A DNA stretch of 64,000 nt from the human T2T-CHM13v2.0 reference genome, Homo sapiens. Position numbers and translations under genes: made by a program. Location of the stretch: assembly GCF_009914755.1 (NCBI RefSeq), contig NC_060948.1. One strand, given 5' to 3'. Below, one piece after another: positions 1 to 19,612 of this stretch. The notes beneath the pieces were generated by a model. The model was not told the DNA's origin, did no database searches, and saw nothing but the letters and a program-made list of their open reading frames with translations. Within the stretch, counting starts at the first letter, position 1. Every line of letters begins with the position of its first letter.

Positions 1-3000
1 CATACAAGATCCTTCCTTGTATAAAATCTCTTTTTTTATAACCTTATTTCCATAGCTTAGAGTGTTCCATATTTCTCATTTTCAATAAAAAGTTCTATCA
101 AACTTAATGAAAGTAAAACTTTCATGCATACTTCTTGTTTGTAACTATTACTCCTAATATAAGCAAAATAATCTTGACAAAATCTTTCCTGCAATTATTC
201 ATTATTAAGATGATAATTTCACAAAATACAACAGTAATTAGAATTTTGCAACCAGAATTCCATACTGTGAGTGTCATAGCACATAGTTCTTTTGGAAATA
301 GTAACGTGACTATAGCAATTCCCTCAAAAATGAAGCAGTAAATAATTTCGGTTTAAAATTTTACTTGCCAAGATATAACATTTCCCTCCGGGGAATCTAT
401 GAAGTTGCAAATGCAATTTAAAATCTCTCTGCAGATACGGTTAAAAATAAGTTCTAATATTTGGTGGTGAGTTCTGAGAAAATAGGGGGAAATGATAAAA
501 ATATCTGGTGAGGTGTGAGTGGAATTTAGTAAGATGAGTAGCCCTCACTGAGTTACTTTTGTTATTTTCAGCTTAAGATCTTCTATTTCTCCACATTGAT
601 ATTCAAGACATTCCTCTGGGCTTTCAGGGATTGCTCCCTCAGCTCTTCAGGCTTTGAGTTGAGTATGATGTATTCAGAAGTTGACACCTGTAACTTTTAC
701 CGCGAAGGAAGTTGAAAGAAAAATGTAGGGCACTTAACAGCTTGGCTTAGAGAAAGAGAGTTGAGTTTTCACTAATACTAAACTTCCTGGATTAAGTAAA
801 GGTGGTTGTATTTCCCATGGTCGGGCTTCTGCTTGTTTTAATTCCTACTGGAAGTGATCTAGAGAGCTTACACACTTAACCAATTTAGAGGTTGTCTGCC
901 TGGAAACAATCTCTTAGCACATTGATCAATTTTATTCTTTCCTAAGTGAAAGGCTTAGTGAAGGATTTTCAGGACTTTCCATTGGCAGGAGGCTGGCAGA
1001 TGGAGTTTGCCATCGTCTAACTGTAGCCATTCTGAGGGCTGAAAACTATATCCTCAGAAGTGGCCCATTCTATTCCTGCAGGAAAATACTAAGGTTTAAT
1101 TTCTCTTATGGAGCCTTCTTGATCAGAATAATTTGGAACTTGTTAATGCCTTGAATCTTCCTTGCTGCTTACTTAGCTGACTGATCTGCTAACCTATTTC
1201 CTTTGGCTACTTTATTCCCTTTTGATGTTCCTAATGATGCATTCCTGCTATTTATTGTGAAATAAAAACTAAGAATAATAACCTGTTATTTTTCTGGTGA
1301 TATTTTATGGGAGATTTATCAATGTTAAAAAAAAAAAAAATCCCCTTCCTTTCAAATGGTAGGATGAGCATGGAGAACTGATAAAGATACCTGGAATTAG
1401 TGTAAATGTTAACTACCTTTCCCTTGCTTAATTTAGATGCTCTTGTAAGAGCTATTAGTTCAGCTAATTGAGTGCTTATCTGGGGAGTGACATTATTTAG
1501 CATGGCTGTGGCTTATCCTGCCTTATGTACTTCTTGCTTTACCTGCTGTTTATTAGCTAAGAGCTCTCTGTAGAGAACAGTAATCCTGCTACATTATGTG
1601 GGGTTGTAAACAGTTAAGTTATTATCTCTTTGGGTTAATTTGGAGGGGTTTTTTGTTTTGTTTTGTTTTTTTCGACTAGCAGAGTCATAGTGACAATGGT
1701 TTGGAAGCATGTGGAAAAAACATGTCCTCCTAACTGCAACGATGAGCTTGAGAAAAATATTGAACTAAAGTTTTCCCTGAGATGCCCTCTGTGGTTATGC
1801 TATGAGAAGAGGGGAGGCCTGGATTAGAAACTACAAAATTAGAGACTGGCTCTAGTGTTTAGAAGGAGGTCTACTTTCCTTCCTTCAACTTCCAGAATCA
1901 TCTGGGGCTTCCTGTATTATACTGGCAGTTTGAGGCACTGGAGCCAGGAATTTGAACCCCAGGACCCATCGGTCCTGCTGGACCATCTGTGAGACTGATT
2001 TTTAACCCACTGCCCTCCTCCCCTGGAAGAATTTTGGTCTCCAGTTGCCTTCACCACAGGCTGGACATGGTCGAGCTGGCTTCTTGCTATTTGGCCACTC
2101 CTTCTTAAAATACCCTGGTTTGCCAAACTGAGAGCACCTAGTGGATACATCTCAGGGATCTAGCACTTTGCAACTCTGCAAAGCAGACACTAGAATATTT
2201 GTCTTTCCCCTGAGCTTTCTCTCTTTCATTTGGGCCTCCTCTTTCTAGCTATTATAAAAGACCAAAGTGGCCACCTTCAGGGGGTTCTCTAAGTTGCCTC
2301 CTGGTCCTGTAGCTTGCTTCTGTCATTTCCTTCTAATATTTGGAGCTGCCTGTGTAATAAACTTATTCTTTAGAATGAACGGTTCCTTGACTGAATCAGG
2401 GGATAAGGAGAGGTACTCTATGAGTGTCTTTCTCAGCCTTTCCATGAAGGCTTCAGGATTCTCATTTGGCTTTTGGTCTATCATAGACAGTTTAGAATAA
2501 TTGAGAGGTTTGGCCTTAGGTTTTCATAGGCCCTCTAAAATACATATTAAAAAGTGCTTCTTCTCCATTTATCTGTAGAGCTACTAAGGTATCAGGGCTA
2601 TCAAAAAAACTGCTTCCCTTACTTTCCCTTCCTATTGAGAATGGTGTTTCTCCTATTTATTTGCTCTCCCTATCTGCTTTCTACTTTCTAGGTGTAATAT
2701 AGGAGATACATTTCTCATCTCTGAAATTCTCTTCTGCCTATAGAGCTGCCTCTTTTTTAGCTGTGGTTAGGGTTTGGTTTAAGAGCAGCATAACATCCTT
2801 CCATGTGAGGTGAAACATCTGAGTTAAATTCTGCAAAGCTTCTGCATGCCTACTAGTGTTGTCAAAAAATTGGCCTTAGTTGTCCTTTATTTGCCTAAGG
2901 TCCTGCAATCAAAAGGGAATTTGAGGTGGCCCCAAATAAGGAAAATACTCAGATGATTCCATGGAAATTGCTTCTAATTCTGGTGAATTATTCTCTATAT

Positions 3001-4305
3001 GCCTGCCTGATATGCCTGTTAAGAAAGCTGGGTTGATCTTACAAGCTTGCAAAGGTTTAGTAAAAATGCCATGGCCTTGAGCAAAAGAAAATGAGGGCTT
3101 TTCTTTTCAAATTGCTGAGGTTAAAAAAGTTCCAGTGTTTCAGAGTGCATGTCAGAGCGGTGCAAGCTAAAAATGGTCTGTTACCCATCTGGCATAAGAG
3201 GTGACAATTATTCCCCACTTCTTTTATTGTGACCCAAGATGGATGGGAAGGAAGTGGGAGTGTTCCCCCAACTATTTTCTCTCCTTGAGTTTTGAGTCCC
3301 AGCACTGGGTTAAATGTGCTGCTCACAGTTGTGAGCATGGTTCTCCAAGCCATGGAATGGGATAAACTAAGAGATGGGATTAACCACAAGTTACGCATGC
3401 AAGCTTAGCTTATCCTCCTGTGTGATTTGCCTGGCTCTCTGAAAAATGAGTGTTCAAAGAAACTACGATGTCTTTGGTAGAAGCTTCTTTAATGGAGGCA
3501 ATGTGCTAGATTGCCTCCTATTACAGTCTGTGCTAAAACATTTACCATTAGAAAAGTGGTTCTGTTTAACTTCTAGACCATTAAAATCCACTTACTAATT
3601 AAGTACAATTCTAATTGAAGACAGAACAGATGTCTTAAAAGAACAGATGTCTTTCCTGCTGTTGGGACATTATTAGGACTAAAATTTGACTATAGAGGAC
3701 GTTTAACTCCTAATTGTTGAAGGCTTCCTTTTCCCGGAAGGGGCTTAGAGCCTGATTTCTAGCAGTGCAAAAGGAGAGAATTAGGAAACTTCAAAGTGCC
3801 TGATGAAGAGGATTTGTTTGTCCACTAGGTGGAGATGTTGGCTCAGAAATACAATGGGATCATCAGGGAACCGATAGAGACAGCGAGGCACTTATTGAAT
3901 AATATGTGTTTGCTAATACCTCTTAACAGAACTGTTTCCCTGAACTGTTAAACTCCCTTCACATTGCACAAACAGAGAGAATATAAGCCAGAGTGACTGA
4001 GGATAGAAAAGGAAGTAAAATTTTGCAACAAGATAGCTGGAGATGCATTACAAACATCCAGACTGGCTGTCAGAGTCTGGGTTCAGTCCAGAAGCCTTTG
4101 AATCACACCAGAATGTGCCCTGGCCAGAAATTCTTAGTTACCCCAGGACTCTTCCCAGGCTCAGGCAATGATGAGGACTTCTGTGAAAGAAAACTGCTTA
4201 GAAGAGAGCCTTGAGATTAACGACAGACGAGGTTCACTCCAAACTCACCACTCTGATGTTTCTAGTTCTTGTTCTGATCCTGATCCCAGGTGAGAACACC
4301 AAAAA
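1..4305 (-). mobile_element. Decayed ERV1 (gammaretrovirus-like, HUERS-P/HERV9-W-related) internal region, continuing off the window start
   Basis: ORF 3057-3398 ends in a gag matrix-like MGNRPF...LKHWNFFNLSNLKRKALIFFCSRPW. ORF 1252-1503 is RNase H-like (QLAELIALTRASKLSKGKVVNIYTNSRY). A decayed PBS, TGGTGTTCTCACCTGGGAT (tRNA-Pro-like), lies at 4283-4301 next to the LTR. Many stops and frameshifts. Confidence 0.8.
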
Positions 4306-4874
4306 TGAAATGGCTCCATCATCTGGAGTATATATACCCTGGTTCTTAGTCATGGTTGAAAAAGACTTCAGGACACAGACACACGGAAGGAGTGCATTTA
4401 GGAGTGGAAAGTTTAATAGAAAAGAAGAGAGAGAAAAGGCTTCCTCATGCTGACAAAGCAAGTCGACCACAAGACGGTCTCCAAATTGCGGTGGCATGCA
4501 ACTGATTTTGTAGAGAGGCTTTGGGAGGTGGTGTCTAATTTACAAAGGCTCCAGGAGATTGGATTGATCAGGGGTGCCGTTCATATAGCCAACAAAATAA
4601 CTGGCTATCCCACCCCAGTCTTTTACTATGTAAATGTGGCACCTACCTGGAGGTTGTCATGATAACAGCACACATGGTTTTAACTGGATAGTGCCATGAC
4701 ACCAGTAAACATGGTGACAAGAAAAAAAAGTGGGAATCACCATATTGAATGTACCTGGCTTCCAGGTACACCTGCATTTAGATATAAAAGCTTCTAGTTT
4801 GCATATTTTTCAGGCTGCTTTCTGTTAAAGAAGAAATGGCTTGAGGCTGCTTTTTGTTAAAGGAAAGTTCCACA
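4306..4874 (-). mobile_element. 5' LTR of the ERV1 element
   Basis: On the minus strand it begins TGTGG (4874), ends TTTCA (4306), contains ATTAAA (~4412-4417) and is followed directly by the PBS. Family not assigned. Confidence 0.7.
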
Positions 4875-5483
4875 AGAAAAAGACAGGAAAAATTGCACCA
4901 AGTTGGAAAACATATTGCTTGAAATCATCCAGGAGAACTTTTCCAACCTAGCTAGAGAAGCCAAGACTCAAATTTGGGAAATGCAGAGAACCCCAATAAA
5001 ATACTTCATAAGGAGATTATCCTCAAGACACATAGTCAAAAGTTCTCCGAGGTGAAAGAAAAATTAAAAAAAGTGAGGGTCACTCAGAAAGGAAAACCAG
5101 GTCACCTACAAAGGGAAGTTCATCAGACTAACAGCAGACCTCTCAGCATAAACTCTACAACCCATTAGAGATTAAGGGCCAATATTCAACATTATTTAAA
5201 AAAAGAAACTCCAGTCCAAAATTTCAAATCCACCCAACAGAAGCTTCAAAAGTGAAGGAGAAATGAGACCCATTTAAGATAAGTAAATGGTAGCAGAAAT
5301 TGTTACCACCAGACCTGCCTTACAACAGCTCCTGAAGGAATCACTAAATATGGAAAGAAAAAAAACACTACCAGCCACAACAAAAACACACGGAAGTATA
5401 CAAGCCAGTGAAACTATAACGCAATCACATAAACAAGTCTGCAAAATAACCAGCTAGTATCATGGCAACAGAATCAAATCCAT
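4875..5483 (+). mobile_element. Older L1 fragment (ORF1 3' half to ORF2 start)
   Basis: L1 ORF1-like ATCCAGGAGAACTTTTCCAACCTAGCTAGAGA and CACCAGACCTGCCTTACAA. Ends at the ORF2-start-like ATCATGGCAACAGAATCAAATCC. Confidence 0.75.
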
Positions 5484-11655
<6,172 letters not shown>

Positions 11656-11699
11656 CATGCAAACAAGCAGAAAAAAAGTCAAATTAAACATAAATTTGA

Positions 11700-13948
11700 G
11701 AACAATTAGAAAAAAACAGTGTACTGAAATGAGTAGCAACCATAAAAGTAATTCCAGTAATACAACAAAACAGCATTCTATGAAAACCCCAAAATATCAC
11801 ACTTTCTCTTCAGCAATGAATCCAAGTCATAATAAAGTTAAATACCAGATAAGGGTTTCAGCAGGTAAGTTATTAAGCTACTCCAGGAGATATCAGAGAA
11901 AGATGAAAGGCAAACCATCATAAAGAAATGTAAAAAGCAGTTCAGGGTGTAAACAAAAAGTTTTCTATGATATAGATATCATCGTCATATCATAATTGAG
12001 TAAAACTTCCCTGGCTTGTCTAGAGATAACCAAATCCAAGAAGCATACGGGACTCCTGACAAATTTATTGCAAAAGGATCACCAAGGAATTTAGTCTTAA
12101 GGATATTTAAATCCAACAACAGGTAATTTCCAAAAGAAAAAAAAAAAAATCAGAGTAACTGCCGGCTTCTCAGCAGGAAACTTATAGCAAGAAGGGACTG
12201 GGGTCTTATGTTCAACTTCCTTAAAAAGAAAAACTATCAGCCAAGAATTTTATACTTTGTGAAATTAAGTTTTATAATTGAACTATAAAAAGTCATTTTC
12301 ATGCAAATACACATCAAGAGAATTTGTCATTTCCACAGCAGCAGTGCCAACTGGAAATGATAAAGTAAGTTTTAACCTTGAAGCAAAACCCTAATATGCA
12401 CAAAAATAGAAAGTCTTAAAAGCTTAAAACTCACAGGGCCTGAAAAACAATAACACAATAATAAACAACCTACGTTAACAATTAACACAATAAGACAACA
12501 GTACTTCACATCTCAATATTAACACACTGAATGTAAATGACCTACGCACTTTACTTAAAGATACAGAATGGAAGAATGAACAAAAAAATTTCAATCCAAA
12601 TATCTTATGTCTTAAAAAGACTTACCTACCATGAAAGAATTCATGTAAACTCTAGGTTAAAAAAAAAAAGAAAGGAAAGAAATCCCATGCAAATGGAAAC
12701 CAAAAGAAAACAAAGGTAGCTATTCCTTTTTTGTTTGTTTGTTTTTGTTTTGAGATGGAGTCTCGCTTTTTCACCCAGTCTGGAGTACAAAGGAGCGGTC
12801 TTGGCTCACTACAATGTTCGCCTCCTGGGTTCAAGCAATTCTCCTGCCTTATACTTCCCAGTAGCTGGGATTACAGGCATGTGCCACCATATCTCACTTT
12901 TTTCTTTTATATTTAGTAGAGATGGGGTTTCACCTGGTTGGCCAGGCTGGTCTGAAACTTCTGACCTCAAATAATCCACTCACCTTGTAGCTATTCTTAT
13001 ATCAGAGAAAACAGACTGCAAAATAACAACAGAAAAAAAAAGTTAAAGTTGGTCATTATATAATAATAAAAAGATCAATCCAACAAGAAGCAATTAAAAT
13101 CCAAATTTACATACATCTAACACTGAGCTCCGAAATTCATAAAACAATTACTACTAGACCTAGGAATTGAGAAAGAAAGCAACCTAATAATAGTGGAGAC
13201 TTTGATACACTTCTGACAGCACTAGACAGATCTTTGAGAAAGAAAGTCAACAGAGAAACAATAAGCTTAAATGACTCACTAGAACATGTGGATGTAACAA
13301 ATATTCATAAAAAATTCTACCCAAGAAATATTTAATAAAAATTATATCAAATATCTTCTCACATCACAGTGGAGAAAAGTAGAAATCAACTCTAAAAGAA
13401 ACACTCATAACTACATAAATAAATTAAAATTAAATAATCTGCTCCTGAATGGTATCTAGGTTAACAATCAAATCAAAATAAAAGTTAAAAAATCCTTTGA
13501 ATTGAATAATGATAATGACACAAGTTACCAAAAAGTGTGGGATACAGTGAAATCAGTGCTTTACAAAAAAAGGTTATAGCACTGAATGTCTATGTAGAAA
13601 AGCCTGAAGGGGTCAAGGGCAGAAACTGACAACCTCCTGTCATACCTCAATGAACTAGAGAAACAAGAACAAACTAAACCCAAAGCTAGAAGAAGAAAAC
13701 AAATAACAAATATCAGAACAGAATAAATGAAATTCAAACAAAAGAAACAACACAAAAGATCAATGAAACAAAAAGCTGTTTTTCTTTGGGAAAAAAAGTT
13801 ATACTTTTAGCTAGATTAAACAAGAGAGAATATGCAAATAAGCTCAATTAGAAATGAAAACAGAGACACTTAAACCAACACAACCGAAATTCAAAAGATC
13901 ATTCAGTACTATTATAAAAACCTTTATGAGCAAAAACTCTAAAGCCAA
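11700..13948 (+). mobile_element. Old L1 (L1PB-like) ORF1 to ORF2 5' part, internally deleted
   Basis: Degenerate L1 ORF1/ORF2 motifs (AAGATCAATCCAACAAGAAG, AATCTGCTCCTGAATG, GAACTAGAGAAACAAGAACAAACTAAACCCAAAGCTAG). Confidence 0.8.
12726..12986 (-). mobile_element. 5'-truncated AluS
   Basis: Alu consensus in reverse. TSD GTAGCTATTC at 12716-12725 and 12987-12996. Confidence 0.93.
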
Positions 13949-14242
13949 GGAAACCACCTTTGCAAAATTGTAACTGAGAAAATTATGACAGTGAACCCCC
14001 TGTGATTCTGCCTCCAACTTGACCAGTAAGAAATCCCTGCCTCCCAAGCCCCTATCCACAAAGTTATCATTAAAAACTCTGATATCCAAATGTTTGAGAA
14101 AAGTGAATTGAGTAATTATAAAACTCTGGTTTCCCACATAGCCAGCTCTGCATGAATTACTCTTTTATTATTGCAATTCCCCTGTCTTGATAAATCAGCT
14201 CTGTCTAGGTATTTGGCAAAGCGACCCCATTGTGCAGTTACA
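13949..14242 (+). mobile_element. LTR8-like LTR, internally deleted
   Basis: Starts (T>G)GAAACCACCTTTGCAAAATTGTAACTGAGAAAATTATGACAGTGAA as in recalled LTR8. Ends GCAGTTACA and is followed by a decayed PBS (TTTGGTGCATTGTTCAGGA). Confidence 0.75.
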
Positions 14243-14705
14243 AATTTGGTGCATTGTTCAGGAAAAACCTTTGTGGCTACCTGCCCATGGTTTGGTGGCC
14301 TCACTCCAGCAATGGATCTAAAAGCTAGCCCAAGTGGCTACCTAGTTCTCTTGGGCTGGGCGGTGGCTCTGGTACTGTCTCTACTGGTGGGGCACCACTG
14401 ATGCAATGTTCATTGATTTAATTGAAATGGGAGAGTCATGGGGAGACCTCTCTTAACTGTAGCCCTGTCACAGGGTGTTTTTCTGTAGCCCCATGGTGGG
14501 GTGTCTATTTCTAGCTCCATTACATGATGTCTGGATTGGTGACTATCCTAGGCACTGCCAATCCCTCCTTTCTTTTTCCCAACTGGTTCTGTAGCCCCAT
14601 GGTGGGGTTTATGTCTGTAGTCCCATTGTAAAGTGTCTGGCTTGGTGAGTATCCTAGGTGCTGCCAACAACTCCTTTCTTCTCTCCACTGGTTCTGTAGC
14701 CCCAC

Positions 14706-16721
14706 TGTGCAGGCCAGTAATAACATTTCATATTGGCTGAGTGTTTAAGTTAAATATGAAAAGCTAAAAAACACCACTGCACTTATATAAAGGCTGATGT
14801 AACCAAATCCCACCAAGAGCTTTGCCTAGGCCTTTCCTGGGCTTGAAAGCATAACAAAATAATGAAGGAATTCTCAACAGCACCCATTTAGAATTAAACA
14901 AGTCTTATTGTGGGTCTGAAGAAATTCCCCAGGCCTCCACAAACAAGTCTATTGGGGGTCTGAAGGAATTCCCCAAACCTCCATGATTCAGCAGGAGGCA
15001 AGATAAGGTAATTACTCCAGCACCTAGACCAATTTAGATTAAGTAAGCTTACTGAGGCTCTAGAAAAAGGTCTTTGACACTCAGACTTTAGTTATAGAAT
15101 AAAACAGTTAATCACTTATATCTTTAGAGGAATGCACACTGACATGTAGACATACAGCTTAGAAGATATATGAACTCTAGAAAACTTTGTAATTTTGAGT
15201 TGATCTGGTGATAATTTCCAGGCTTTCTCCCTGTAACCAGTTACAGAAATAAAAACTCTCCTTCTCCTCAGTTTCTCTGCATCTTGTTATTGGGCCATGA
15301 GAAATAGCAGTCCAACCCTCTCTTTGGTCTGGGAACAAGTTTGGCATGCCCGCAAGGAATAAGACAATGCTGAATTCATTGACTGAAAGGTTGTGACAAT
15401 AGGGACCCTCCAGAGAGCTGTTCCATGCACAAGTGTGCACATTCCTTTCACTACCATGGAAGAATGGAGATCAGGAACAAACGTGCTAAAAGATTGAGCT
15501 AACCAGATTGTATGCCATGAAGCTATTGAGTATGCTAATCTTTGGTTTGTTTTTTAGAATCAAGGAAAGTTTTCTTTTGAGCTACTAACAGCTTTTAACA
15601 ATTAAGCAAAATCTATCCCTATGAACAAAATTTGGAGCATATTTGTTTCTCTCTACCTGATTCTTCAGACTTTGGAAACTATTTGTGAGTATTCTTAACT
15701 TATGGCAGTAAAGTTATTTGTGTAAGAGCAATACGAGTCTGTTCTGTTTTGTTAACAGGACACAATTGGAGACACAGCTTATTTTACCAAATATTTGATT
15801 GGAATGGGATGCTCTTTTTTAAAGAATCAAACTTGCCTTATGGAGCCAATAAAGTCTCATATTTTGTGTACACAGTCCCTGTATACAGGGATTCTGATCT
15901 GTGTTAAATAAAGGAAGTCACTTTCTGACAGGCAGGAACCCCATGTCATCTTGGAACCTCAAAAGGAGAGGAATTCACCCAACTCATAGGTAGTTGATGG
16001 TAGAAATCCATGGCTGGGCTCAGCTTTGAAAAGGTCTTATCTCATATTCTTTCTATGGAACAAAGTTCCATCAATGCTAGTTTAAAAGGCCTACATAAAA
16101 AACAACTATCCTTGCTGCACTTTATTAAAATAATCTGACCAAGTATAATAAAGTAAATATGTCCTATCATGACTTCTCTTTAATAAAAATGGGAAACTGG
16201 AGAGAGAAGAATGTTTCCAAAACTATATTATATCCATTGTTAAATTCTAGTCTTGCCTGGTGTTTTTTAATTTTTATTATTTTCTGCAGTTTGAGTTAAA
16301 TTCCAAAATAATATTTTCAATTTTTTTCCTTTTTCTTTTACCCCATTTTGTCCTAATTGGAAATCACTAAAACCTAACCTGTGCTTTCTTAATGCTCTGT
16401 AAACTGAAGACTAGATGTTTCAGCAGATGCTTCCTCTAGCTCCTTGAAACAGAGAGTGCTACTGGAAACAAACCACCCTCTTATACTCCAGCACTGGGTT
16501 GGGTGTCCCATAATGATGACCCCCATTTCAGCAGGAAGTAGCCAAAAAGATTATTATGCCCCATCTCCCTGTGTAGAAACATAATAGAAACCATGCGCCA
16601 ATTGATGGTGGGGATTGTGGTAGACCAGGTCTCTGAAACAACTGTTTCAGTACTGACTGAGTGATTAAGTTAAATATTAAAAGCTTAAAAAAAAGCCAGT
16701 GACTTTATACAAAGGCTGGGA

Positions 16722-16775
<54 letters not shown>

Positions 16776-17305
16776 ACCAAGAGTTTTGACTAGGCCATTC
16801 CTGGACCTGAAAGCATGACAAAATAATGAAGGGATTCCTAACAGGACCCATTTAGAACTAAACAAGTTTTATTGTAGGTTTGAGGAAACTCCCCACACCT
16901 CCACAGACAAATTTATTGGGGGTTGAAGGAACTCCCCAAACCTCCATGATTTAGCAAGAGACAAAATAAGGATAATCAGCTTAGCACTTAGACCAATTTA
17001 GATTAAGTAAATTTACTGAGGTTCCAGAAGAAGGTCTTCAAGACTCAGACCTTAGTTATAAATTTAAAAAAGCTAATCACTTATATGTTTAGATGAATGT
17101 ACACTTACATATAGACATATAGCTTAGAAAATATATAAGCTCTGGAAAACCTTCTAATTTTGAGTTGTTCTGATAATAATTTCCAGGCCTTCTTCCTGTA
17201 ACCACTCACAGAAATAAAAACTCTCTTCCTCCCCAGCTAATCTGCATCTCATAATTGAACTGTGGTAAATAGTTGCTCAATCCCTCACAGTTTGGTTCAG
17301 AAACA
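14706..17305 (+). mobile_element. Two-LTR mini-provirus (ERV1; LTR15-like LTRs, tentative) with only ~1.3 kb of non-coding internal sequence
   Basis: Homologous LTRs at 14706-15337 and 16616-17305 (TG...AACA). tRNA-Arg-like PBS TGGCATGCCCGCAAGGA at 15342. PPT-like GGTGGGGAT before the 3' LTR. Degraded 4-bp TSD CCAC/CTAT. Confidence 0.85.
16725..16774 (+). repeat. Pure A50 homopolymer inside the 3' LTR
   Basis: 50 consecutive A. The 5' LTR has ATGTAACCAAATCCCACCAA at the equivalent site. Confidence 0.95.
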
Positions 17306-19612
17306 CTATGATGGGGTGTCTGTCTGTGGCCCCATTGTGGGTGCCTAGATTTATGAGTGTCCTAGGTGCTGCCAATGCTACCTTCCTTTTCCTATTTCTC
17401 TAGCCCTATGGTGTGGTATCTGTAGCTTCACTATGGGGTGTCAGTTTGTAGCTCCACTATGGGATGTCTTTGTCTGCAGACCCATTGCATCGTGTCTCCT
17501 CAGCTGCTAGAGTGAGGGGTTGATCTTGGCTGGCTCTTTTTAACTAGCAGGAAGAGTCTTTGTTTGGGAGATTTCTCATTCAGAAAGACTTCAAATAGAT
17601 TTCTCAGATGGAGAATAGGAGAAAAGTTTGTAAGGATACTCTTGGAGGTTTTGGTTAGAGATCATCTGATTTGGAAGGCCTTCTGTTTGCCTCATTGTTA
17701 GGTACAGTAAGTTCCTCTTCAAAGAGTCAGCTTGTTCAACTTACTTCTTTGTTTTCTGTTTTCAAAGCCTAGTTTCTTCATTCTTTGTCCCTCCTTGCCC
17801 CTAGTTATGGTAAACAACATTCCCACCAGCTCTAATCAATAACTCACATCTCTTCCCCTGGTTGCCCACTCTGCAGCTATTCTTCCTGCTGAAACCACTT
17901 GTTCTGCCACTCACATCCCCCTTCCCTTCCTTATTTGGGAAAGTATTCACAAATAGCCAGTTGGGTCAGCTTAGATTGTGCGATCTGACACCAGCCCATG
18001 TGGGAGTGACAAATGGGTAGGGACTGCTTTAGGAATAACAACCCTTTTCGTCCTTTGTTTAGTGTGCTCTTGTAACTGTGACTGATGCAGGCAGCACCCT
18101 TCTGCAGAAGTAAATTGTCTTGCTGAGAAAACTTTTTGCCTGAGTGCTAGTTCTTCTTTGCAGCATTGAGTACTTGTTTCTAACAATCTGGGGGCTCAAT
18201 GAGGATTCCCATTCTCCACCAGAGAAAGGGTCACCTCTCATCAGGAGATACATCCTGCTGCCTTATTGTGGTGCCCTCAAGGTGACAGATTGGGACCCAC
18301 TCAGTGCAATGAATAAACCTAGACTCTCAGCAATATGGAAAGAAACAGGCCAACAACTTGGAAGAAAGAATCCTCACATACCATGGCAACCAGGTAAATC
18401 TGTGCACAGACCAAGGTAACAAGCATCACAAAAGTGACAAAGTCCTTCCTTGGTGGTCAGGATATCTTGGAAGTTGAAAGTGTGTGATTCATATTCAAGT
18501 ACACTGAGTGCAGAGTGAGTGAGTGCAATCTGAGATTTGGCTATGGTGCCCCTTTGGGGGTCCTATCAGGGGTTTATACTGACCTGCCAATGTTAAAAGG
18601 GACCTAAATTCACTTTGGGGAAGTGGCCAGAAAGGAAGAAGCAGAAGGAGAAGAGTGCAAGAAACCTCCAGTTGTGGGGGTTGAGCCTCCAGGATAAGAA
18701 AGAAAGAAATCTCCAGTAGGGGGGATTGAGCCTAACACAAACCTTTGGTAATAGACAAGGCAAGACATTTCCAATAGGGGAGATTGAGTGTCACCTCAAA
18801 ACTATTAAGATGGGAAATACCCCAGGTAAGATAGAGGGTAAAAAAGGATAAAGCTAGCAGCAATAACATTCCCCCTGAAAGTTCCCAATAATTTATGCTA
18901 AAATATTGGAAAGACAACGAAAGGACTAAGCACAAGAGAAAGCAACAGATGATAAATATTGTTATGTCATTTGAACCCAGGAACCAATCTTCGAACCCTC
19001 AGTTTTCTGGCCAAAGTTGGAGTCAAATGAGGATTGGATTTGTCAGCTTTTAATAGAACATATGATGACAAAACCTTCATCTCCCAGGAGGAGATAAATT
19101 ATGCCCTATGTTGGTGGCAAGGACCTGTCCTCCTTTACCCTCTAAAAACTGGAGGGAGAAAGTCAAAGACTAACTCCTCTGAAAAAGATAAAGTCCCTAT
19201 TCCTAGACAGCCCAGCAACACACGGGACCCCCTAGACAAACTTGCCCAATCCAATGCTCCTAACTCTAATTTACCTCCCCCTCAAGCAGAGGCAGTTTTC
19301 TCAGATGCTTCTCCTACTCACATTGTCCCACCTCCTTGTACCCCTGCCTCTTGGTAATCATCCCAAGAGCCTCTTCACTACCAGCCTAAGTACGCTTCTC
19401 TGAAAGGACTTCAACGTGAGATAGAGCAATGTAAAAAACGGTATTCAGAACTCCCGATTCCCCTCTACCTCAGGAGAATCAGCTCCAGCCATCTTTTCCT
19501 TAAGAGAGGTGCCCCTAGGAGGAGAAGGCATTAGTTTTATTAATGCTCCTTTAACCAGCATGAAGATCCAAAACCTAAGAGAACTCAAGCCACTATTAGA
19601 CAACCTTTATGG

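Noticed and set aside
14400-17500. CRISPR-like repeated TCTGTAGCCCCATGGTGGGG motifs
   Set aside because: Irregular, degenerate repeats of an ERV leader in mammalian DNA, with no constant spacing and no cas genes.
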